From a virus (Duplodnaviria > Heunggongvirae > Uroviricota > Caudoviricetes): a DNA stretch of 64,000 nt. The stretch lies in the IMG/VR virus record IMGVR_UViG_3300032167_005013, one strand, 5' to 3'. A program made the translations under genes and the position numbers. A model generated the notes under the pieces. That model had not been told where the DNA came from, did no database searches, and saw only the letters and a program-made list of their open reading frames with translations. Below, piece by piece: positions 47,412 to 56,788 of this stretch. Numbering within the stretch: the stretch's first letter is position 1; each line of letters starts with the position of its first letter.

Positions 47412-48125
47412 ATGTTAAAAGATTTTAATAATATCTATGACGTAAACGCAGGATATTATTTTAAAGACATAACAAACACTAAGCCCTTAACAAGGGCTGA
47501 AGAAAGAAGACTCTCAAAAAGATGGAGAGAAAAAAAAGATGTAAATGCACGAAATAAGTTGGTTCAATCAAATCTGAAATTCGCTGCAAATATTGCGAAA
47601 AATTATAAAGGGCTTGGATTATCATATTCTGATTTAATTCAAGAAGCGAATGCAGGGCTTTTTAAGGCTGCAGATAAATTTGAACCTGAACTTGGTAATA
47701 AATTTATATCTTATGCAGTAAATTGGATTAGGGAGTCGATATTATCAGCCCTTAAGAAAAGAAATTCTCTCCCCTCAGAAGAATTGCCTGTTGAATACAA
47801 TGAATTGGAAACCTATGAGGAGGCTGATTACATTGATGAAAAAATGAGTGATGATATCTACATTGAAGATAACTCTGAATCTGAAAGAGAAAAGGATATT
47901 AATACAGTTGTAAACCTTCTCTTAAAAGATTTAACCCCAAGAGAACAATTCATTGTTACTAAATATAGCGGCATTGGTGAACGCAAGCCTAAAACATTAG
48001 AAGAAATTGGAAATGAATTGGGATTAACTAAAGAACGAGTTAGACAGATATATGAAAAAGCAATGAAAAAACTACGTGTTTCGGCACTTGAGAATTGCTT
48101 TTCTAAAGATATTTATAAAAGATAA
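47412..48125 (+). CDS. RNA polymerase sigma-70 family factor (second copy)
   Basis: region 2 FISYAVNWIRESI; region 4 LEEIGNELGLTKERVRQIYEKAMKKLR. Confidence 0.65.
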   Translation: MLKDFNNIYDVNAGYYFKDITNTKPLTRAEERRLSKRWREKKDVNARNKLVQSNLKFAANIAKNYKGLGLSYSDLIQEANAGLFKAADKFEPELGNKFISYAVNWIRESILSALKKRNSLPSEELPVEYNELETYEEADYIDEKMSDDIYIEDNSESEREKDINTVVNLLLKDLTPREQFIVTKYSGIGERKPKTLEEIGNELGLTKERVRQIYEKAMKKLRVSALENCFSKDIYKR

Positions 48126-48139
48126 ATTTTGTTTTGAAA

Positions 48140-48502
48140 ATGGTTAAAAAGAGTACAAAGACAACTGAAACCCCTGAGGTTCAGTCTGAGGTGACATTAA
48201 TGGAACAGCAGATACAAACTGAAATTGAAACGCAAGTTGAAAATGAAATTTCAGACATAAAAGAACAGATGGAAAACCTGCAACCTGCAGAAAATGTTAT
48301 TGAAACAATTATGGCTTCAGAACCGGAGGAAGTTGAAGAAATTATTGACAATGAGTTAAAAAAAGTAGATGAACTCGTTGCAACAGTAGCGGAAAAAATT
48401 AACGAGATGGAAGAAAAATATCCTGAAATCACAAAAGTTGTTGAGAAGGTTAAGAAAGCGAATCCTCGTTTTACTAACGTTTGGAATGGCATAGCATATT
48501 AA
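48140..48502 (+). CDS. highly acidic Glu-rich protein
   Basis: 120 aa, immediately downstream of the sigma factor gene. Confidence 0.45.
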   Translation: MVKKSTKTTETPEVQSEVTLMEQQIQTEIETQVENEISDIKEQMENLQPAENVIETIMASEPEEVEEIIDNELKKVDELVATVAEKINEMEEKYPEITKVVEKVKKANPRFTNVWNGIAY

Positions 48503-48516
48503 AAAATATTAATAAA

Positions 48517-49029
48517 ATGGCAAAAAGTAGTTATTCAACCGCATGTGATATGCTTGATGCTATACGTCGCGGAATTGTAGAAAATACGGAGGCAAAAAAA
48601 GGACTCATCAAGGAAGAGGCTGAGGCACAAACAATTGAAAGTGCGATTGCAATAACCGATGACCCTAAATTCGGTGATAATGTTCTGACAAACCAAATGA
48701 ATCAGTTCTTATCTTCAGTTGATAGTGGTGCACAGTTTACTAAGCCAAATGAAGAAAATCCTGCAGATAGTCCACTTATCTATATGCCTGAAACCGGTAA
48801 TATGGTTTTTTCTGGAACAATACCAAGCCTTAATAATTTAAAATGGCAGTTTGTGTTGAAAAATAACACAGGCGATGGTTGTTTCATGTGGGCCGATGGT
48901 TTAATTCTTAATAAAGAAAACTTAAAGACTCTCAATAAGTTAATGGGATTTTATAATAATTGGAAAACCCAATGGCAAACATCCGCTAAAGAATTGGAAC
49001 AACTTGAAAATCTTGTTAGGAAAAATTAA
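48517..49029 (+). CDS. hypothetical protein
   Basis: start moved to an ATG. Confidence 0.4.
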   Translation: MAKSSYSTACDMLDAIRRGIVENTEAKKGLIKEEAEAQTIESAIAITDDPKFGDNVLTNQMNQFLSSVDSGAQFTKPNEENPADSPLIYMPETGNMVFSGTIPSLNNLKWQFVLKNNTGDGCFMWADGLILNKENLKTLNKLMGFYNNWKTQWQTSAKELEQLENLVRKN

Positions 49030-49034
49030 ATAAC

Positions 49035-49066
49035 AAAAACCACTCAGAAATGAGTGGTTTTTTAGT
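49035..49066 (+). terminator. terminator (aaaaaccactcagaaatgagtggttttt)
   Basis: perfect hairpin with a T-run. Confidence 0.6.
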
Positions 49067-49102
49067 TTTATATTGCTATTTATCAGTAATAGAAAAAGAT
49101 AA

Positions 49103-49282
49103 ATGAAAAACTGTAAAAAACATATAAGAGAGGAGTTCGACAGAGATGATGTCATGCAGTTAATCAAGCGTGATAAAGAATTTGAAAAACGAATCAAAGA
49201 AATCACAACTGATGTGGTTACTGACCTCTTTCGTGTGCTTTGGCAAAGGAAATCTTCTTACGAATCAGAACTTAAGAGATAA
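49103..49282 (+). CDS. possible small basic protein (59 aa, below the ORF-track cutoff)
   Basis: ATG-initiated ORF in an otherwise empty 220-nt gap. Confidence 0.2.
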   Translation: MKNCKKHIREEFDRDDVMQLIKRDKEFEKRIKEITTDVVTDLFRVLWQRKSSYESELKR

Positions 49283-49288
49283 TAAAAC

Positions 49289-49915
49289 ATGAGAACCATA
49301 CTTATAAATGAGTCTCAGGTTAATGCCTTGAGAAAAAATATTGAGATGATTAATGAGGAAGTCACCTTCTTCAGTTTCATGTCTCATATCAAGGCGTATC
49401 TAAAACAACTTTTAACCGACCCCATATATGCAAAACCCGATGCTTTTCTTATTGCTAATGGGTTAGATGGTGAAAAAGCATTATCATTGCTTATTGATAA
49501 CGGGGTTATTATTAAAGATGAAAAAATCGACAGTTCAGGGGATAAAGACCAATTTACAATTTCATACAAAATCCCTCGTCAGAACTTTGAAAGAAAAATC
49601 AAAAGGCTTTATACTAAACTATTTGAAATCAACATCGCTGATGGTTGTGTAATTAATGAGGAGGATGGCGGTGCAACATCTGCAGATGCTTCAGGTGCTT
49701 TTGAACAGCCTCTTTTTGGTAAACCACTCAGGCGAAAAACAATTTACGTCACACAAGAACAATATGACAGGCTCCAAGCATTGAAAGAGGAGGCTGTAAT
49801 GGATACTGCAATAGGTGATTTCGGTTATGATGCTCCACCTTTTGAAAAGGATGATGACCCTACATACAATCATAAGGACTTGATTAAAACTTCTGTGGAG
49901 GACGGTAAAAAATGA
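49289..49915 (+). CDS. hypothetical protein
   Basis: 208-aa ORF. Confidence 0.45.
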   Translation: MRTILINESQVNALRKNIEMINEEVTFFSFMSHIKAYLKQLLTDPIYAKPDAFLIANGLDGEKALSLLIDNGVIIKDEKIDSSGDKDQFTISYKIPRQNFERKIKRLYTKLFEINIADGCVINEEDGGATSADASGAFEQPLFGKPLRRKTIYVTQEQYDRLQALKEEAVMDTAIGDFGYDAPPFEKDDDPTYNHKDLIKTSVEDGKK

Positions 49916-50106
49916 CACGATTTGACTATTATTCCAATATAAATCCTGATGCAGCAAAAAAAATAATGAAAATTGCTGAGGAACTTGAGGATGAAAAGCA
50001 ACAAATCATTCCCGATGAAGAAAAAATGAAAAAATTGGTTTACAGACAATTTATGGCGGGAATGGAAATAAACACAGGACAAGGTAGAAACTATAAATTA
50101 TATTAA
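49912..50106 (+). CDS. hypothetical small protein
   Basis: 64-aa ORF, start overlaps the upstream stop (ATGA). Confidence 0.35.
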   Translation: MTRFDYYSNINPDAAKKIMKIAEELEDEKQQIIPDEEKMKKLVYRQFMAGMEINTGQGRNYKLY

Positions 50107-50116
50107 ACTATAAACA

Positions 50117-50932
50117 ATGGACAAAAGTATTACAGTAGGAAGGATGAGAGAACTCATCAAGGAAAGTCAAGGCCAATTCAATCCTGTAATTGGAGATGGC
50201 GTTGAGAGCGAAAACAAGAAAAACAATGAAAAGTCCTACAAAGATGCCAAAACCAAAACTGACGCAAAAGAGGTGAAAGTTAAACATGATGTTCCTAAAA
50301 AGGAAGATAAAAACAAAACAACCCTCGATTACACATTCAATTCTGACCCGGGTAAAGAATATAAAGAAAGGGTTCACGCGCAAGCCAAAGGTTATACAAG
50401 CAAGGCTGAAGAAGAGAATGACATTGAAAAAAATGCTGAATTTGGTGATGATTTTTATAAAGTGGCAAAAGAGGCAGGACAGGAACTTCATCAGAAGGAA
50501 GAAGACTTGAAAAAATCAGGGTTACAGGCTCGTGAACTTCCTGACGGAACATTCAAAAAGGAAGACATGTATGAAGAAAAAAGTGTCAAAACCGTGAGAT
50601 TCAAAAGGACTGAATTCCTTACTGAAGAACACATGATGTCAAAGATTCCTGATGAAATGAAAATTGAAGGACGACGTTTCAGGATGAAGGATATGAATGA
50701 CCAAACATATCTTCTCGAATGGACTAAAAATCAGTACAGTGGTAAAGAAAGTGCTGTCATTCTTGAACACACTAATGAAAAGAAAGTTAACGAAAGTATT
50801 GAACGCATGAAAGCACTGTATGGTTTCAAATTGGGTGAAAAAACAACAAGAACAACTTCACAAGGAAGGATGTATGAAAATAATGATGGGGTGCGTGAAA
50901 CCCTGAATAATATAAGAAATTATAAGAAATAA
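50117..50932 (+). CDS. Lys/Glu-rich hypothetical protein
   Basis: 271-aa ORF. Confidence 0.45.
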   Translation: MDKSITVGRMRELIKESQGQFNPVIGDGVESENKKNNEKSYKDAKTKTDAKEVKVKHDVPKKEDKNKTTLDYTFNSDPGKEYKERVHAQAKGYTSKAEEENDIEKNAEFGDDFYKVAKEAGQELHQKEEDLKKSGLQARELPDGTFKKEDMYEEKSVKTVRFKRTEFLTEEHMMSKIPDEMKIEGRRFRMKDMNDQTYLLEWTKNQYSGKESAVILEHTNEKKVNESIERMKALYGFKLGEKTTRTTSQGRMYENNDGVRETLNNIRNYKK

Positions 50933-50940
50933 GGGTTATC

Positions 50941-51645
50941 ATGGAAGAAAAGATTGACAAAGGGTTAAATTGGTTTGAGAAAGCACTGCAGATTGTTGAG
51001 AAATACAAATTCAAGACAATTTTTAAGGCAGTTATCTATATATTGATTATTGCAGCAACAATAGGCTTCATTAAAAACCCAACATGGATTTTCGAACAAT
51101 ATCAAACTTGGTTGGACAAACAACATGAGGTGGCAATGATTGACCGTGAACATATTGATATGAAAATTCACACAATTATAGAAAAACTGAACTTTAAAAC
51201 AAATAGTGCACGTGTCTTTATTCTCGAATATCATAATGGTACTGAAAGTGTAACGGGTCTCCCTTTTCGTAAATGTTCTGCAACTTATGAAGCAATAAAT
51301 GTTGGCGTCATGCCCATTGCCCATGATTATGCTGAAATCAATTTAAGTTTAATGCCATTTGCAAGCCACATGGCGACAACAGGATATTGGTGTGGGGATA
51401 TTCATGATATGGAAGACATTGACCGCTCATTCTGTTATAGACTTAAGGCAAGCGGCGTAGAGCATTTTACGGCTGTCACCATTGAAGGTGTAGATAAACC
51501 TCTTGCGCTTCTGATTGTTTCCTATGATGAAAGATACATTGACCATAACTGTGATGAAGTAAGAGAAAATATTAGACACTGCGCTCTTGAACTCTCCCTT
51601 TTGTTTGAAATCAACCAACAATACGGTGAACGAATTAAAATATAA
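50941..51645 (+). CDS. membrane-anchored hypothetical protein
   Basis: N-terminal transmembrane segment IYILIIAATIGF. Confidence 0.45.
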   Translation: MEEKIDKGLNWFEKALQIVEKYKFKTIFKAVIYILIIAATIGFIKNPTWIFEQYQTWLDKQHEVAMIDREHIDMKIHTIIEKLNFKTNSARVFILEYHNGTESVTGLPFRKCSATYEAINVGVMPIAHDYAEINLSLMPFASHMATTGYWCGDIHDMEDIDRSFCYRLKASGVEHFTAVTIEGVDKPLALLIVSYDERYIDHNCDEVRENIRHCALELSLLFEINQQYGERIKI

Positions 51646-51662
51646 CATAAACATTTTGTATA

Positions 51663-51694
51663 AAAAAGGCGGTTTAAAACCGCCTTTTTCTTTT
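51663..51694 (+). terminator. terminator (aaaaaggcggtttaaaaccgccttttt)
   Basis: perfect hairpin with a T-run. Confidence 0.6.
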
Positions 51695-51731
51695 AATTAT
51701 TCTCCTATTTATTGTTATAAAACTAAAAAAT

Positions 51732-52268
51732 ATGGCTAACGCTGAAAAATTAATGCCACTTATATTGAAATGGGAAGGTGGATATTCTCACCATCCTTCA
51801 GATAAGGGTAGGTGTACCATGAAAGGGATAACAATCGGAACCTATCAAAAATTCTACGGTTATTCAAAAACATGCACCGACCTTAAATGTATTACTGATG
51901 ATGAATGGCTTGCAATTTTCAAAAATGGATATTGGGACCCCATGTGTGGAGATTCCATTAAAAACCAAAGCATTGCTAATATTATTGTAGATTGGGCGTG
52001 GATGAGCGGTGTTAAAACAGTGTCAAAAAAAATACAGAAAATATTAGGCGTCAAAGATGATGGGATTGTAGGACCAATTACAATGTCATCATTAAATTCA
52101 ATGGAACAGAAACCTTTGTTCGATAAGATTTACAAAGAGCGCGAAAACTTCTATTATAATATATGCAAAAATAACCCAAGTCAAGAGGTTTTCCTAAAAG
52201 GATGGTTAAATAGACTTGCTGATTATACATTCGAGGAAGAAATCCCCGAAGAAAAAAAAAATAACTGA
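51732..52268 (+). CDS. endolysin: GH108 lysozyme-like domain plus a PG_binding_3-like C-terminus
   Basis: ILKWEGGYSHHPSDKGRCTMKGITIGTY matches the GH108 N-terminal signature (EGGY...D.GG.T..GIT). Confidence 0.65.
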   Translation: MANAEKLMPLILKWEGGYSHHPSDKGRCTMKGITIGTYQKFYGYSKTCTDLKCITDDEWLAIFKNGYWDPMCGDSIKNQSIANIIVDWAWMSGVKTVSKKIQKILGVKDDGIVGPITMSSLNSMEQKPLFDKIYKERENFYYNICKNNPSQEVFLKGWLNRLADYTFEEEIPEEKKNN

Positions 52269-52273
52269 AGAAA

Positions 52274-52801
52274 ATGAAGAAAAACATGAAAAAAAACATT
52301 TTATTGACTATATTCGTGAGTTTTGTAATGCTTGCATCTTTAGGAGGATGCGGAACAATAAAACATGTGCCGGTAACCGATAAAACCGATGTGGCAACAC
52401 GTGATAGCATTATTTTTCGAGACAGCACAAGAGTTATTGATTCTATTATTTATGTGCAAATCCCTCGTGAAAAAGTGATGGATATAATTTCACAAATCGA
52501 CACAAGCAATCTCGAAACAAGCGTGGCTAAATCAACTGCTTATGTTGACACAACCTCGTTAATGATAATCCATTCTTTGGAAAATAAAGATACTGTTATA
52601 TCTGAGAAAATCGTATATAAAGATAGGTATATTACAGAAGAAAAAATTGTATATCGTGATTCAATACAAATAAAAGAGGTGCCTGTTGAAGTGGAGGTGG
52701 AGAAAGTTAAATATCCTAAAACTTATTGGTGGCTGCTTGGGTTCTTTGTTATTGTCGTCGGAATTGGAATTGTAAAAATCTATTTAAAATTTAAAAAATA
52801 A
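52274..52801 (+). CDS. lipoprotein with a C-terminal transmembrane helix (unimolecular-spanin-like)
   Basis: signal peptide with lipobox SLGGC; C-terminal WWLLGFFVIVVGIGIV; position next to the endolysin. Confidence 0.45.
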   Translation: MKKNMKKNILLTIFVSFVMLASLGGCGTIKHVPVTDKTDVATRDSIIFRDSTRVIDSIIYVQIPREKVMDIISQIDTSNLETSVAKSTAYVDTTSLMIIHSLENKDTVISEKIVYKDRYITEEKIVYRDSIQIKEVPVEVEVEKVKYPKTYWWLLGFFVIVVGIGIVKIYLKFKK

Positions 52802-52803
52802 CG

Positions 52804-52835
52804 ACAGGTGCTTTTAAAAGCACCTGTTTTTGTTT
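52804..52835 (+). terminator. terminator (acaggtgcttttaaaagcacctgt + T-run)
   Basis: perfect hairpin. Confidence 0.6.
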
Positions 52836-52882
52836 ACTATAAACCATAAAATAACTATTTTCATTATAAAATATGTTAAGAT

Positions 52883-53065
52883 ATGGTGACTAAGATTTTT
52901 GTTTTTATACTTATATTCGCAATCCTTAATCTTATCAAAGAAGGATTTATATTCTATCGTTCATTACGTATGGGAGAGTCTGACATGACAACAACACGAC
53001 TTTGGGGTATAGGTTTGTCATTGGCTTACATTTTTACAATAATCTTTACAGGAATTGGATTCTAA
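52883..53065 (+). CDS. small two-transmembrane protein, holin candidate
   Basis: 60 aa with two hydrophobic helices. Confidence 0.35.
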   Translation: MVTKIFVFILIFAILNLIKEGFIFYRSLRMGESDMTTTRLWGIGLSLAYIFTIIFTGIGF

Positions 53066-53511
53066 TGGAACTTAATGATAAAATTGCAAAGTTGGGGTCA
53101 AGGTTCAGAAAAATGAACATTGCTGAGGGAATCATATTCCTTACTGTGGATTTTCCTAAAGAGTGGAAAATAAGTGAGAAAATCATTGCAAAACATGATG
53201 TGAAAGTAATGCCCACAGAAGATGGCGTTGGATATTATTTTGCAGCGACACTTGCAACAGGAATTGATAAAATTTTTAATGCAATTGATGAAACAATTAC
53301 ATTTAATGAGGTTGCGGGTATTAAAAAATCACTTTTCTTGGAAAAGGTAAACGAACTTCAAACAATATTCGAGGAAGAACCTCTTGATGTACTTCAAACA
53401 ATAGAATTCAAATATAGAAAGAAAAAACCAAAAAACACCCGTAAAACTGAAGAAAATATCGAAGATAATAATGAAAAAATAGAAGAAGGTGAATCATGTC
53501 TAGCTGGTTAA
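53066..53511 (+). CDS. hypothetical protein
   Basis: ATG overlaps the upstream stop (TAATG). Confidence 0.4.
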
Positions 53512-53885
53512 TTGTTCTTTGTTATTCTATAATGGCTTATGGGATTTGTAATATTATTGTTTTTGGGTCCGGGCCATTTCGTATTTTTGAAAAATTAAGA
53601 TATTGGAGTGATTACATTGATGAACATTTTGGTCAACTTTTTTCCTGCATGATGTGTCTTCCAACCAATTTAGGAATTGTATTATCCATTATAAATTGGT
53701 TCCTAATTCCAATTGCATTTACACCGTTTAATATCATGTTTGGTAGTGTTACAGGCCTTTGGTGGTTAGCGGCTATTTGTGACGGAGCATTCACCTCAGG
53801 TATTGTATGGCTTATTCATCACATTGAAGAATATTTTGAAAATAAGGTTATAACATCAGGAGAAAAAGTTTACGAAGATGACTGA
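53496..53885 (+). CDS. multi-pass membrane protein (holin or antiholin candidate)
   Basis: three to four hydrophobic segments in 129 aa. Confidence 0.35.
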   Translation: MSSWLIVLCYSIMAYGICNIIVFGSGPFRIFEKLRYWSDYIDEHFGQLFSCMMCLPTNLGIVLSIINWFLIPIAFTPFNIMFGSVTGLWWLAAICDGAFTSGIVWLIHHIEEYFENKVITSGEKVYEDD

Positions 53886-54150
53886 GGAAATGAAAAATGA
53901 AATCATATTGAACGAGGTTTTAAGAAAGAACGATGAAACAAAAAGAAATAAAGAAATGAATTCGTTCGCAAAAGCCTTGAAAAATGGCTTAGGAGAGGAG
54001 ATAAAGAAAGAATTGGTCAACCCTTCAAAACCCAATAAAAAGGCGGGGAGAAGGCTTAAAAGACAACGTTTTTGGGGCAAATTAAAAGAAGATTTCAAGA
54101 TACTTTTCTTTAAGACGAATAAGGATGATAATGAGATTAGTTATGAATAA
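53878..54150 (+). CDS. small basic protein
   Basis: 90-aa ORF. Confidence 0.35.
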   Translation: MTEEMKNEIILNEVLRKNDETKRNKEMNSFAKALKNGLGEEIKKELVNPSKPNKKAGRRLKRQRFWGKLKEDFKILFFKTNKDDNEISYE

Positions 54151-54382
54151 AATTCCTAAGGGTGATATTCTAATTAGAATTGCTGATTTGCTAAAATCAG
54201 AATTTGAAAAAGAAATAGATTTCTCTATGATGGAAATACGTTTTAACGTTGGGAAAAACATGATACAGAAAGTCAATGAAGATTTCTATTATAGATATAA
54301 TAATGAAGGAGAACCTGAGCCTGCTGATGAAGTCGCAGTTACAACTAACGGAATTACATTCAAATACGTGGGGGAAGAATAA
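54125..54382 (+). CDS. hypothetical small protein
   Basis: 85-aa ORF. Confidence 0.35.
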   Translation: MIMRLVMNKIPKGDILIRIADLLKSEFEKEIDFSMMEIRFNVGKNMIQKVNEDFYYRYNNEGEPEPADEVAVTTNGITFKYVGEE

Positions 54383-54705
54383 TGGCTATAGTTTACATAC
54401 TTGGTGATTCAGGGCAAGATAATACTTTCAAAATTGGTGTGACACGTGGCCCTGTTGAAAAGAGAATCAAACAACTTCAAACAGGAAATGGTGGAGAAAT
54501 ATATCTTGTGAAAACATATGAAACGCAATATCCATTCTTCGTCGAAAGGCTTCTTCACCAAAAACTGTATCCAAAACAAAAACGCAATGAGTGGTTCAAT
54601 CTTGACGTTCAAGATATAGTTCTTTTTGAAAACTATTGCAAGGAAATTGAAAAACAGGCTGAGGCATTAAAAGAAAATCCATTCGCGAATAAGTTATTGA
54701 AATAA
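54382..54705 (+). CDS. T5orf172 (MUG113-like) domain protein
   Basis: VYILGDSGQDNTFKIGVT ... LQTGN ... LHQKL ... NEWF. Confidence 0.5.
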   Translation: MAIVYILGDSGQDNTFKIGVTRGPVEKRIKQLQTGNGGEIYLVKTYETQYPFFVERLLHQKLYPKQKRNEWFNLDVQDIVLFENYCKEIEKQAEALKENPFANKLLK

Positions 54706-54706
54706 T

Positions 54707-54733
54707 AAAGGGAGGTTTTAAAACCTCCCTTTT
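54707..54733. terminator. bidirectional terminator (aaagggaggttttaaaacctcccttt)
   Basis: perfect 12-bp stem between convergent genes. Confidence 0.6.
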
Positions 54734-54738
54734 CTATA

Positions 54739-56685
54739 TTAAAGTGCTATCATTTTAGTCCACTTAGCGAAATTGTGTTGAATTTCAAGCAAATAATTTG
54801 TATTAGTTTCCAAATCAGCAATCGGAATATTTGATAAAATTATATCTGCAGGAAGGGATATTGTTCCAAATGTATCACTTGTCTTGAACAGAACTGAATA
54901 ACGATAAGCAACCTCGCCCTCAGTTTCCTCATAAGTTAATGTTAAATTGGATACCGGTTCCTCAATAACATGCAATGTATTTGGTTTAATTGTAAGAGTA
55001 CCCTCCACCGGAACTGTTGTGTCTATAGCCCAATTCACCTGTGAATTAATATCATTAAGGGATGCTGTCATTGCAATAACAGTTGCCCCAAGAGTATTCT
55101 CAATTTTCCTCACAGCAGTATTGACGTTATCCCCCATTACAATTGAATCCATTGTATAAGATGCTTCTTCAAGAGTTTCATCAAGAACAATATCCTTGCC
55201 TTCAAGAACAACGCCATTTTCTTGGGAAATTGTATAACCATTTACGGTATATGCATCAATAGCCTCAGTCTTTTCATTGAAAGCTTTTCCCTGTTCCTCA
55301 ATTTTATCAGCAAGAACCTTAAGTTCATCCTGAGTACCGTCAGCAGATACTATATATGAAAGTTTTCCTTCACCTTCAACAAGATAAAATCCCTCAAGGT
55401 AAACAACCTCATTATACTCCGAATCCTTCTTGGTCTTAAAAATTTGTCCTACATTGTTTGCGGTGGCACGTTGAACTGCAGTGGCATAATTCTCAACTTC
55501 CTGAGGTTTTAAATTATTCATATTCAATTTCAACGAGGAAGTTTCGCCACTTATTGCCGAAATACTATCCGTATTACCTGATACTGTTTCTGAAAGACTT
55601 GCCAATTCCTCACTATATCCTGATACAACCATTGAAAGGTTCGCCAATTCTTCTGTATTACCTGATACTGTTTCTGAAAGACTTGCCAATTCTTCTGTGT
55701 GGCCACTAATTGTATCAGTAATTACCGATAAAATATTTTCAATCTCAGATATGCGTGTTTTAAACGTTTCAGCAATAACAAGACTACCATTTTCATCAAA
55801 TGCAAGAATAGTTTCATTTTCACCTAACCTAATTCCAATAATTTGGTTTTCTAAAGAAATGCCATCCCCCGAAGAGTATTGTTCAGTAAACATCTCTGAA
55901 ACGTCAACCATAATATCCTCTTTTTGGGCGGCTTCAGTAAATGTCAACACAAGGTATTTTACCCCATCAACCTCATCAATATAAACATTTTCAACTCTTC
56001 CATCAGCAACGCCTTCAATGTTATCAACAGAAACAGTAAATGCAACAGTCTTATCAGTAACCGGAAGTTCCTCACCATTTACAATGATTTTTTCAATAAC
56101 GTTAGCCTGAGCATTGGTTTCAATGCCCTGAAGTTTTGTGATATCTGAATCTGAAACAAGTGAGTAACCACTTTTAATATCAACTTTTTTATCAAGTTCA
56201 GAATTTAATTCCCCAACGCTTATTTTCAACCCTGCAATCTCAGTATCCACATCAGCATCACCGGAAGCAAGTGACATTGAAAGTTTCATGAGTTCACCTT
56301 CACCTATAACAATATAAGGCCCTGTGTAATATGTTTGATTGTCATATACACTATCGTTCTTAACGAATATAATTTGTCCAAGATTTTCGGCAGATGCTTC
56401 AATAACTGCGTCTTTATATTCCTCTACTGCAAGTGAACCGTTTCCGGATATTTTTACAACATCCCCCAATGTATTTTTAATGTATATGCTTGGGTCATTC
56501 GCATTATTGTTAATAACAAGAATACCTTTATTGAGTTCCAATTGTTCTGTTTTAAGAACATCATATAGAGGATGGTCAGGCTGAACGTCTATGAAAAATT
56601 TTGCAAGTTCATTATTAATTTCAGTCTGAGTTGTTCCCGTAACACGGTTTACATGGCCGTGCACAATGTTTCTATTATTTGCCAT
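54739..56685 (-). CDS. tail fibre protein with two copies of the GSLAVEEYKDAV-type domain and in-frame 28-aa tandem repeats
   Basis: shares a domain with 37503..39551; internal repeats VSGNTEELANLS... appear three times. Confidence 0.6.
   Translation of the reverse strand: MANNRNIVHGHVNRVTGTTQTEINNELAKFFIDVQPDHPLYDVLKTEQLELNKGILVINNNANDPSIYIKNTLGDVVKISGNGSLAVEEYKDAVIEASAENLGQIIFVKNDSVYDNQTYYTGPYIVIGEGELMKLSMSLASGDADVDTEIAGLKISVGELNSELDKKVDIKSGYSLVSDSDITKLQGIETNAQANVIEKIIVNGEELPVTDKTVAFTVSVDNIEGVADGRVENVYIDEVDGVKYLVLTFTEAAQKEDIMVDVSEMFTEQYSSGDGISLENQIIGIRLGENETILAFDENGSLVIAETFKTRISEIENILSVITDTISGHTEELASLSETVSGNTEELANLSMVVSGYSEELASLSETVSGNTDSISAISGETSSLKLNMNNLKPQEVENYATAVQRATANNVGQIFKTKKDSEYNEVVYLEGFYLVEGEGKLSYIVSADGTQDELKVLADKIEEQGKAFNEKTEAIDAYTVNGYTISQENGVVLEGKDIVLDETLEEASYTMDSIVMGDNVNTAVRKIENTLGATVIAMTASLNDINSQVNWAIDTTVPVEGTLTIKPNTLHVIEEPVSNLTLTYEETEGEVAYRYSVLFKTSDTFGTISLPADIILSNIPIADLETNTNYLLEIQHNFAKWTKMIAL
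55528..55720 (-). repeat. about three 84-nt in-frame tandem repeats inside the fibre gene (an exact 38-nt core at 55571-55608 and 55655-55692)
   Basis: seen in sequence. Confidence 0.7.
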
Positions 56686-56737
56686 TGATTATAACCTTTT
56701 TAATTATCTATAAATAGTTAAAATACATGTAAAAAAC

Positions 56738-56761
56738 AATGGGGGACCATTGGTCCCCCAT
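56738..56761 (-). terminator. terminator (atgggggaccattggtcccccat), with a T-run on the minus strand
   Basis: perfect 10-bp stem. Confidence 0.55.
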
Positions 56762-56788
56762 ATATTTTAACATAAACTATTAGGCCTA

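Noticed and set aside
55528-55720. The tandem direct repeats could have been a CRISPR array.
   Set aside because: The repeats are in frame inside a fibre gene and encode repeated peptide units. They have no spacer-like unique segments of uniform length and there are no cas genes.
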